From Gemmatimonadota bacterium (GTDB taxonomy: Bacteria; Gemmatimonadota; Gemmatimonadetes; Palauibacterales; KS3-K002), in NCBI GenBank assembly GCA_020344375.1, contig CP070823.1:976617-1040616 (forward strand): a DNA stretch of 64,000 bases, read 5' to 3'. Made by a program: the position numbers and the translations under genes. How positions within the stretch are numbered: position 1 is the first letter of the stretch; each line of letters begins with the position of its first letter. The notes below the pieces were generated by a model. That model searched no databases. It had not been told where the DNA came from and was given only the letters and a program-made list of their open reading frames with translations. This document shows positions 31,438 through 39,031 of the stretch, one piece after another.

Positions 31438-31922
31438 CGTTTACGCAGACGCCCGAGTCTCGATATGGTGACCGTGTCGGCGACGCCTCCCCGTCTGAAG
31501 ACCAGCGTGGCGTTCGGCAGATCGCAGTCACCACGGGCGGTGGCCAGTCCCCGTGGATCGAAACAGAAGGTTCGGGAACCCCCCTCGACCGTGACACCGC
31601 CGAACCACTCGCCGACGTGAACCAGCGGCTGGATCGTGTCCAATCGCTCCACCCCCGGGATCGAGCTCGTGTCAGCCGTCACCCAGAAGCGGTTGCCTGC
31701 GGGATCGAGGTGAAGTCGGCACAGACGACCGTACTGGGCGGCGACTTGGCGGGCCAGCGAATGGCTCGCGGCGAACGCGTCGCGCGCTGCCGCCACGTTG
31801 ACCCTGGCACGAGCCTTCGCCAGCCTCGGCAGGGCAATCGCAGCGAGGACCCCGAGAAGCCCGATCACCAAGGCAGCCTCAGCCAACGAGAATCCGCCGG
31901 TACCCCTGAACCGCGAACGCAC
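31434..31922 (-). CDS. FimT/FimU (GspH)-like minor pilin
   Basis: GTG start after GGGGAGGGGGG. Leader [32 protein letters not shown]; 162 aa. Confidence 0.75.
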   Translation of the reverse strand: MRSRFRGTGGFSLAEAALVIGLLGVLAAIALPRLAKARARVNVAAARDAFAASHSLARQVAAQYGRLCRLHLDPAGNRFWVTADTSSIPGVERLDTIQPLVHVGEWFGGVTVEGGSRTFCFDPRGLATARGDCDLPNATLVFRRGGVADTVTISRLGRLRKR

Positions 31923-32145
31923 CCCCCTCCCCAGAAGTCATTTCCCGTGGATCTTTGCCCCCGCGACCGGCGGCGAAGCACAACTGCACGGTCGCCCCTG
32001 TAGAGCAGGCCTCGGCTGGCGAATCGGACCCAGGGCTAAAGCCGAACCGCTCTGTGCTGGGATCCTAGCGAACGGGTATCAAAGGATGGTCAAAACCGGC
32101 GCGGGCTGTCCGCCGGTCGTCGCTCGCCGGCGCGGGTTGCGCCGT

Positions 32146-33510
32146 TCAGTCCAGGCCGTAGTCGCGGATCTTGTAGAGGAGGGCCCGGTAACTGAGGTCC
32201 AGGAGCTCCGCGGCCTTGGTGCGGTTGCCGTCGGTGACCTGCAGAGCCCGACCGATCAGCCGGCGCTCGAGTTCCGCGGTCTGCTTCTTGATCGAGAGCT
32301 CATCGGCCGGCAACGTCTCCTGCGGCCCTTCGACGGAGGCCGCCGGATGGCAGATGAAATCCGGCAGGTCCTGCGGCCTGATGGTCGGCTCTTCGGCGAG
32401 GACCATCGCGCGCTCAACGACGTTCTCCAGCTGACGCACATTGCCGTACCAGGGGTGGGAAAGCAGGAGCTTCATCGCCGCGGGCTCGAAGCCCGTGACG
32501 TTGATGCCCAGCTGTTTCGAGAAACGCTCCAGAAAACACCGGGTAAGCGGTGGGACGTCCTCGGTCCGCTGCCGCAAGGGTGGGAGGTGGATGCGCACCA
32601 CGTTGATCCGGTAGTAGAGATCGGAGCGGAAATTCGCTTCCCTGACCTCCTGCTCCAGGTCACGCGCCGTCGCGGTGATGATGCGGACGTCCACCTTGCG
32701 CGACGAGCTGTCGCCGACACGGCGGATCTCGCCCTCCTGCAGAGCTCGGAGGAGCTTGACCTGCAGTTGGGAAGGCAGCTCGCCGATCTCGTCCAGAAAC
32801 AGCGTGCCCCCATCCGCCTCCTCGAACAGCCCGGCCCGGTCGGCATGCGCGCCCGTGAATGCGCCTTTCGCGTGCCCGAACAGCTCGGACTCGAGCAGGT
32901 TCTCGGGTATGGCGCCGCAGTTGATGGGGACGAACGGCCGCGAAGCGCGCGGGCTGCTCGTGTGGATGAGCCGCGCGATCAGTTCCTTGCCGGTGCCGCT
33001 CTCTCCCGTGATGAGCACGGTCGAGGGGTGCTGCGCCACTTTCGTCGCCAGCTCGACTGCCTCGCGCATCCCGGCGCTCTTGGCGACGATCTCTGGAAAC
33101 CGCTGGTCTGCCTTGACCCGCTGGCGGAGCCGCGTCACCTCGCGCCGCAGCTTCTCGCGCTCTTCAGCTTTCTTCAGCGTCAGTACCACCTCGGCGGTGG
33201 TGAACGGCTTGGGCAGGTAGTCGTAGGCGCCTTTCTTCATCGCCTCCACGGCCAGCTCGGTGCTACCGTAGGCGGTGATGGTGATGACCAGGGCCTGGCC
33301 GTTCTTCTTGCGGTACTGCTCCAGGAACTCCAGCCCGTCCAGGCGCGGCATGCGGATATCGCAGAGGATGAGGTCGGGCTCCTCCTTCAAGGCGCGCTCC
33401 AACCCCTCCTTGCCGTCCGAGGCGCTGATGACCTGATACCCTTCGTCCTCCAGGATCATCGACAGGGTGCGGCGCACCCCGGCTTCGTCGTCTATGACCA
33501 GAACTTTCAC
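32146..33510 (-). CDS. NtrC-family sigma-54-dependent response regulator (PilR2-like)
   Basis: Intact receiver (MKVLVIDDE..., LILCDIRMPRLDG), an AAA+ core with [14 protein letters not shown], and a Fis HTH at the C-terminus. Confidence 0.9.
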   Translation of the reverse strand: MKVLVIDDEAGVRRTLSMILEDEGYQVISASDGKEGLERALKEEPDLILCDIRMPRLDGLEFLEQYRKKNGQALVITITAYGSTELAVEAMKKGAYDYLPKPFTTAEVVLTLKKAEEREKLRREVTRLRQRVKADQRFPEIVAKSAGMREAVELATKVAQHPSTVLITGESGTGKELIARLIHTSSPRASRPFVPINCGAIPENLLESELFGHAKGAFTGAHADRAGLFEEADGGTLFLDEIGELPSQLQVKLLRALQEGEIRRVGDSSSRKVDVRIITATARDLEQEVREANFRSDLYYRINVVRIHLPPLRQRTEDVPPLTRCFLERFSKQLGINVTGFEPAAMKLLLSHPWYGNVRQLENVVERAMVLAEEPTIRPQDLPDFICHPAASVEGPQETLPADELSIKKQTAELERRLIGRALQVTDGNRTKAAELLDLSYRALLYKIRDYGLD

Positions 33511-34761
33511 TTACTCTTCCTCGGTCTCGCTTTCCTCGATCCGTGCAGCTGGCAGAAGCACCGAGAAGCACGCTCCGCCGCCCTCGGGACTATCGACCCG
33601 AATCGTACCACCCATACCCTCGATCAGACGGGCCGAGACCGCCAGCCCCAGACCCGTACCCTGACCCGTCTCCTTCGTACTGAAGAACGGATCGAACACA
33701 CGATCCATGATCTCCGCCGGGATGCCTGCGCCGTTATCAGCCACGCTGATCCTCACAACCTGCTCCCCGATCGTGAATGGCGGCGGTGTCAAACCGTCGC
33801 GCCGCGCTTGCAGGCGCCGCAGGTGCGAGTAGTCAATGCCCGGCGGGTCGTCGCGGCGTCGGCTCGGTGGAATACTGGCCTCGTAGGCGGCCGCTTCGGT
33901 GCACACCCTGATCCAGCGACCCTCCCCACCGTCGACGGCCTGCGCAGCGTTCAGCAACAGGTTTACCATGATCTGCTCGAGCTGGTGAGGATCCGCGTGC
34001 ACCGTGGGCATCTCGTCACCCAGGTCCAGTTTGACCTCGATCTCCTTAAAGTGACCCTGGGCCTCGACCAACTCGAACGCGCCCGTCACGACCCTGTTGA
34101 CCTCGATCGGACGTGGAGCAGGCTGCCGCGGCCGGGCGTAGTCGAGCAGGCCCTTGACGATTCGGTCTATGCGCCGCGCCTCGCGGCGCATGTCGTCCAC
34201 AAGATCCCGCCCGATCTCGGGCCGCCGTTCCGCGACCTCCAGGTAGCCGAGTACCGCACCGAGCGGGTTGCCGATCTCGTGAGCGATGCCCGTTGCCAGC
34301 TGTCCCGCCGACGCCAGCTTCTCAGCACGGACCAGCTCGTCACGCGCCTCGGTGAGCGCCCGGTTTACCTCGTTGAGCGACTGGATGTTGTCGCTCAGCC
34401 GCCTCTGGTTCTGAATCAGCTTGTCCGCCAACTCGTTCACACTGGCAGCCAGCCGCTGCAACTCGTGGGCACCATCGACGCGGATGCGGCGCGAATAGTC
34501 CTCCCGAGCTATCGCCTCGGCCCCCTGAACAACGTTCTTCACCGGCCTGAGCACCATCTGGCGCAGCAGGTAATCGCCGAAGAGAAGGAACACCACCGCG
34601 TCCAGGGCGATCACCACCAGCAAGAACACCACGAGGCCGCCGAACGACCTGCCGACGGGTAGCCACAGTAACACCGCCACAGCCGCGAGGCCCAGCGCAG
34701 CGACAAGCAGCAGGGCCAGCGCGAGGTTCAGTTCACGACGCAGCGACGCAACCGCTCTCAC
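33511..34761 (-). CDS. Sensor histidine kinase, two TM with minimal loop plus HAMP (PilS2-like)
   Basis: H-box HEIGNPLGAV and G-boxes DNGAGIP, GTGLGLAVS. Directly downstream of pilA and upstream of the response regulator. Confidence 0.85.
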   Translation of the reverse strand: MRAVASLRRELNLALALLLVAALGLAAVAVLLWLPVGRSFGGLVVFLLVVIALDAVVFLLFGDYLLRQMVLRPVKNVVQGAEAIAREDYSRRIRVDGAHELQRLAASVNELADKLIQNQRRLSDNIQSLNEVNRALTEARDELVRAEKLASAGQLATGIAHEIGNPLGAVLGYLEVAERRPEIGRDLVDDMRREARRIDRIVKGLLDYARPRQPAPRPIEVNRVVTGAFELVEAQGHFKEIEVKLDLGDEMPTVHADPHQLEQIMVNLLLNAAQAVDGGEGRWIRVCTEAAAYEASIPPSRRRDDPPGIDYSHLRRLQARRDGLTPPPFTIGEQVVRISVADNGAGIPAEIMDRVFDPFFSTKETGQGTGLGLAVSARLIEGMGGTIRVDSPEGGGACFSVLLPAARIEESETEEE

Positions 34762-34837
34762 CGTAACCAGGGACCCGAATCGCGTGGTCTGTTGGGGGAA
34801 CCTTACAGCCGGAATCGTCCTCGAAGGCGGGGGTACC

Positions 34838-34872
34838 CCTAAAAGAATAGCGCGGAGGATACCCTCCGCGCT
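34838..34872 (-). terminator. Intrinsic terminator after pilA
   Basis: 10-bp perfect stem AGCGCGGAGG/CCTCCGCGCT with a 4-nt loop, 35 nt after the pilA stop. On the minus strand it is followed by ATTCTTTTA. Confidence 0.7.
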
Positions 34873-34906
34873 ACCCTTTCAGCCTAACGCCGCTTGGACG
34901 GCAACG

Positions 34907-35284
34907 TTAGCCGGCGCAGGCAACCACACCTTCGGTCGTCGCCGTCGACATTCCGGAGACCTCACCGTAGTAGATCTCACAGTCGGTGTCGGTACCCGTG
35001 TGAACGGCGCTCGCCCTCCAGCCGGTCCCGCTGGCCGTCCCGACAGTCACCGTCACGCCCTGGCTCTGGTTGAAGTCGAGGTTGGCCGTCGTGGTCGCGT
35101 ACGTCAGGTAGTCGGCGAAGTACGCCTCCTCCGCCGCCGCGAGGTTGCGCAGGTCGGACTTCATGGCCGACACGTACGCCTTCTCCTTGGTGTTGGCGAA
35201 CTTCGGAATCGCGATCGCGGCCAGAATGCCGATGATCACGACCACGATCAGAAGCTCGATCAACGTGAAGCCCTTCCGGTTCAT
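34907..35284 (-). CDS. pilA: Type IVa major pilin PilA
   Basis: MNRKG/FTLIELLIVVVIIGILAAIAIPKF, 125 aa, with a C-terminal Cys...Cys loop. Strong SD AAGGAGG. Confidence 0.95.
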   Translation of the reverse strand: MNRKGFTLIELLIVVVIIGILAAIAIPKFANTKEKAYVSAMKSDLRNLAAAEEAYFADYLTYATTTANLDFNQSQGVTVTVGTASGTGWRASAVHTGTDTDCEIYYGEVSGMSTATTEGVVACAG

Positions 35285-35347
35285 GCTCTAACCTCCTTCC
35301 GTCGTATTCACCGCGGTGATCCCGCAAAGGTCCGGCTAGCCAATGTG

Positions 35348-35362
35348 GCAAGCTTGGGGCCA
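35348..35362 (-). promoter_or_regulatory. Sigma-54 promoter of pilA
   Basis: The minus strand reads TGGCCCCAAGCTTGC, with GG and GC in exactly the -24/-12 spacing. It lies about 64 nt upstream of the pilA ATG. Confidence 0.6.
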
Positions 35363-35451
35363 ACCTGGCCCCTTGGCGCCTAAGTTCAATCAGAAGAAAG
35401 AGTTACACTAGAGACCGCCACCTCGCCTACCCGTAGGCGCGGTCCGCTTCC

Positions 35452-35466
35452 CCTGCATTCTGCAAG
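35452..35466 (-). promoter_or_regulatory. Inverted repeat CTTGCA-GAA-TGCAGG about 100 nt upstream of the pilA sigma-54 promoter (candidate enhancer/UAS)
   Basis: 6-3-6 inverted repeat with one mismatch, 13/15 identical to the repeat at 46673-46687. The distance fits a bEBP upstream activating sequence. Confidence 0.4.
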
Positions 35467-35525
35467 GGCGCTGGCATCCCGCAACCATCCCACACCCTTT
35501 TTCTCGGCCGACCGAGCCCCGTAAC

Positions 35526-37370
35526 CTATTGCTGTGCCCTGCGATAGGCCCGCAAGCCCCGCTCCAGCGAATCCACCTTCACGTCCGGAGCCCCCGCCGC
35601 CGCTGCCGAGTCCAGCGCCGCCCAGGCTGCCGCAGTGTCGCTGGCCGCGACCTGTAACTCCGCCAACTCGAGCCAGTCTTCCCAGGTCGCCGCCGTGCCC
35701 CCCAGGCGTATACGCGAAAGCTGGGCGCGGGCCGCTCGTGCGAACTCACCCTGGTTGGCGTAGGCGTCCGCCTCCAGGCCGTAAAAGACAGCGCGTTCCC
35801 CCACCGCGTCCCGACCCCGCGCCAGCACTCGCAGCGCGCCCTCGTTGTCCCCCAGTCGGAGTCGGATGACGGCCAGCAAGCTGTGGTGGTCGGCATAATT
35901 GGGACCGATCTCCACGGCGCGGGCCGCCATTGCCTCCGCCTCCACAAGCTCACCATGATCCTTCAATAGCACGGCGAAGGCCGAGAGGTAGGCGGGGCTG
36001 TATGGCCATACCTCGAGCGACCTTCGAAACCATTCCCGGGCGCCTACCCAGTCTCCACGACCGAGCTGACGGTAGCCGAGCCACCAGAGGACGCGTGACG
36101 ACTCCGGATGTTGGCGCTGCAGCTCGGTGAAGACCGTTTCTGAATCCTGCCACACAGGGTTCCTTCGAACGGTCACCACCGAGAAGCCGATGACCCAAAC
36201 GGCAAGGCCGAGCGCCACCCAGCGACGCTGCGCGCGCCGGGCGCGCACAAGCAGCAGGGCGCCGATAACCGAGACGGCCAGCGAAGGCAAGTAGAGTGTG
36301 CGCTCCGCCAACACGATCTCCGCCGCGATGATCAGGTTCGACACCGGCAGCAACGTCACGGCAGCCCATCCGACGGCCATGCTGAACTCCGGCGCCCGCC
36401 GGTACAGAACCAGGGCGAGGATCACCGTCGCTAAGACCAGAGCAAAGCCCATCGCACCCAGCAGGGTAAGCTGGCTTGCCGGCAAGATGACCGCAGGGGA
36501 GTAGTCAGCCGACAGTTCGGCAGGAAACAGCAACAGCTCGTAGTAGCGTGGCCAGACGCGCGCCATCGTGAAAAGGCGGGTCGAGAAGCCGGCGTCAGGT
36601 GCGAAGGTGCCCTTTGCGAGACTCGAGACCGGTTCACCCAGTACCGCCCAGCGGAGCACGAGATACGCGAGAAGCACGGTGGCCAGGCTGGCGAACAGAG
36701 GTAGCCGCGTCCGCAGATAGGCTTTGCCGTCACCGATACGCCCGCTGGCGGCGAGCGGGAGATCCAGCAGCAGCAACAAGGCGGGAAGAACAACACCGAC
36801 TTCCTTGGAGAGCACAGCAAGCGCATAGCTGGCGCTGATGATGACCAGCGCCACCCACGAGAGGCGACCGCGCCGAGCCGCGTCCACGTAGGCCAGGCAC
36901 GCCAGTAGCACGAAGGCGGCTGCAAGAAGCTCCGCTCGCCCCACGACGTTGGCCACGGCTTCCGTGTGGACCGGGTGCACCGCGAACACGACGCCACCCG
37001 CGAGAGCGGCCCACCAGGGAAAGAACCGCAACAGCAGCACGGCGAGCAGGGCTGTGACGGCCGCGTGCAGCAAGAGGTTTGTCAGGTGAAAGCCGAAAGG
37101 CCTGCCACCCCAGGCGCTCCAGTCCAGGGCGAAGCTGAGCATCGTCAGCGGCCGGTACAGACCGCTCCCAAAGCGCGCGGGCCAGTACTCGGCCGTCAGC
37201 AGCTCGGGGATTCGACCGAGTCCGTGCACGAGATCACGGCTCACTACAACGGAAACGTCATCATAGGCGAAGCCGTTGGCGAGCGAGTTCGCGTAGACCA
37301 GGACAGACAACAGCGCCACGCCGCCGGCCACGATGATCCGCAGGCGTCTGCGATCCGTCACAGCGTGCAT
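35526..37370 (-). CDS. TMTC-like GT-C membrane glycosyltransferase homolog with C-terminal TPR repeats
   Basis: 614 aa. The N-terminal polytopic domain carries ANGFAYDD...LYRPLTMLSFALDW...FHLTNLLLH, the pattern of TMTC/DUF1736-type protein O-mannosyltransferases. The C-terminal 200 aa are TPR-like. Confidence 0.7.
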   Translation of the reverse strand: MHAVTDRRRLRIIVAGGVALLSVLVYANSLANGFAYDDVSVVVSRDLVHGLGRIPELLTAEYWPARFGSGLYRPLTMLSFALDWSAWGGRPFGFHLTNLLLHAAVTALLAVLLLRFFPWWAALAGGVVFAVHPVHTEAVANVVGRAELLAAAFVLLACLAYVDAARRGRLSWVALVIISASYALAVLSKEVGVVLPALLLLLDLPLAASGRIGDGKAYLRTRLPLFASLATVLLAYLVLRWAVLGEPVSSLAKGTFAPDAGFSTRLFTMARVWPRYYELLLFPAELSADYSPAVILPASQLTLLGAMGFALVLATVILALVLYRRAPEFSMAVGWAAVTLLPVSNLIIAAEIVLAERTLYLPSLAVSVIGALLLVRARRAQRRWVALGLAVWVIGFSVVTVRRNPVWQDSETVFTELQRQHPESSRVLWWLGYRQLGRGDWVGAREWFRRSLEVWPYSPAYLSAFAVLLKDHGELVEAEAMAARAVEIGPNYADHHSLLAVIRLRLGDNEGALRVLARGRDAVGERAVFYGLEADAYANQGEFARAARAQLSRIRLGGTAATWEDWLELAELQVAASDTAAAWAALDSAAAAGAPDVKVDSLERGLRAYRRAQQ

Positions 37371-37381
37371 CGCCTCACCGC

Positions 37382-39031
37382 CTAGTTCGCCCCGCCTCTC
37401 GGCAGCACACCCCCTGACGTGGCTTCTCCAACTCGTCGCTCGCGCTCCAGTGCATCCAGATCTGCCCTGAAGATGAGAGCTCCCGCAGAGGTGACGTAGA
37501 TCAGCTCGAGGCTTCCCGGGAACCGTGCGATCAGCGCATCGATTGGAGCTGCTGCCATTGGGATGTCCCGACGCACTGCGAGGTACTGCACACCCATGTC
37601 GTGCAACAACTCCGCAAGATGCTCGACCGCCGGCGTGCCCCTACGGTACCAGACATGGACCGGCTGGTAGTTGTTGGGGACGGCGTGCCGGCCGGCATGC
37701 AGGGCGATCAGCGGATCGAACTCATAGGCGACGACAGCCCGCTGATCAGTGTTCTCACGCACCCAAGCGATCACCTCAGCGCCCACGGCCGACTTCTGTA
37801 GCTCCGCGCCGTCCCAAACGCGACGGCTGACCGCTCGCAGCTCGCTGTACGCCAGGTTCGCGAACACCACCAGCCCGACACCGACGATAGCATACCGTAC
37901 CAGGGAGCCCCGCGCCCGCGCCGGGGCCCCGCGCCCAAAGCCAACTGCGACTCGTTGGGCGAGCCCGAGGGTGCCTACCGCTGCCAGCGCCAGCAGCAGC
38001 GGGACCAGGATGAAGACGAAGCGGAAAGGCGGGAAGGACCACACGGATGTCAGGGCAAGATACGCCCAGGGGTACACAGCCGTCGCGGGCGCGAGTCGGA
38101 AGATGCGGACGGATCCCAACAGGGCGAGCGCGATGAACAGCATTCCCACCAACGAGGCGGCCAGCGGCCCGAACTGCGGGCTCAGCTTCGTGCCCAGGGT
38201 CTGGAGAATCGCCCCCACGTTGGTGGCGAAAATATCGAAAGCCGCCCACGGCGAGTCTTTGATGTTGGCCAAGTAGAGTTGAACGTAAGAGCCGTAACGC
38301 GGTACCAGGACGTCCGGGATGACCCTTGCGTTCACCAGTGTGAACAACAGCCACGGCACCAGGAGGACGGCTGCGCCCAGCGCGGCTATCAGCGCCGGCC
38401 GGCGCCCGCAGCGCGACCACAGCCCGATCGTCACGGCCGCGAACAGCACGATTCCCACCGCGCGGGTCAGCACCACCAAGCCAACGAGGACGCCGGCGAT
38501 CAGAAGCCTTCGTACGGAGGGACGCACCGATACCGAGTCGGCAGTCCACAAAGCCGCGAAGAGGAGGGCGAGATAGAGCGGCTCTGAGAGTACGCTGGCC
38601 GTCACCAGCATCATCGAGCCGGACGCGAAACCGACAATCGCCAATGCAGCCGCCAGGACAATTGGCAGGATGCGCAGATCGGACAGCAAGAAGACGAAGA
38701 GCCCAGCAGCCAGCCCAATGTGGACGCCGTTGGCCAGCTTCATTCCGAAGAGAGCCGCCTCTGGCGAACTCGCGAGCACCCAAAAGGGCACGAGGCTGAG
38801 TGGATAGACCGGTGGATACTTGATCGCGGGCAGACTGGTCGGCAAGAAGGTCAGCCGGTAGCCCTCGCCCTCGGCCAAAGCTCTTGCCAGGAGCGCGTAA
38901 ATGCCGTCGTCGTAATTCACCCCGACGAGAGCCGCGTTCTGGGCCCACACGCCGAGAACGGCGATGACGGCACCCACAGCCGCCGCCACGGCGAACCTGA
39001 CAGTCCGCTCCGATAGCCGTACCCTGCTCAT
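37382..39031 (-). CDS. Polytopic membrane protein, GT-C-fold glycosyltransferase-like
   Basis: 549 aa with more than 10 predicted TM segments. Acidic first-loop motif VNYDDGIY. 4-nt overlap with the upstream gene. Confidence 0.55.
   Translation of the reverse strand: MSRVRLSERTVRFAVAAAVGAVIAVLGVWAQNAALVGVNYDDGIYALLARALAEGEGYRLTFLPTSLPAIKYPPVYPLSLVPFWVLASSPEAALFGMKLANGVHIGLAAGLFVFLLSDLRILPIVLAAALAIVGFASGSMMLVTASVLSEPLYLALLFAALWTADSVSVRPSVRRLLIAGVLVGLVVLTRAVGIVLFAAVTIGLWSRCGRRPALIAALGAAVLLVPWLLFTLVNARVIPDVLVPRYGSYVQLYLANIKDSPWAAFDIFATNVGAILQTLGTKLSPQFGPLAASLVGMLFIALALLGSVRIFRLAPATAVYPWAYLALTSVWSFPPFRFVFILVPLLLALAAVGTLGLAQRVAVGFGRGAPARARGSLVRYAIVGVGLVVFANLAYSELRAVSRRVWDGAELQKSAVGAEVIAWVRENTDQRAVVAYEFDPLIALHAGRHAVPNNYQPVHVWYRRGTPAVEHLAELLHDMGVQYLAVRRDIPMAAAPIDALIARFPGSLELIYVTSAGALIFRADLDALERERRVGEATSGGVLPRGGAN

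Noticed and set aside
30179-31597. Long form (472 aa) of the PilW-like ORF
   Set aside because: The first 172 codons overlap the pilV-like and fimT-like genes in another frame and are Arg/Gly-rich. A GTG at 31081 overlapping the pilV-like stop gives a proper prepilin N-terminus.
31798-34662. 954-aa plus-strand ORF spanning the response regulator and kinase genes
   Set aside because: It is antisense to two clearly real genes (32146-33510 and 33511-34761), is low-complexity and Arg/Leu/Gly-rich, and has no motifs. It is a high-GC artefact. The same reasoning applies to 6065-7618(-), 11121-12473(+), 17891-19135(+), 37776-39056(-), 46522-47619(-), 54250-54996(-), 56872-57861(-) and 62044-63054(+).
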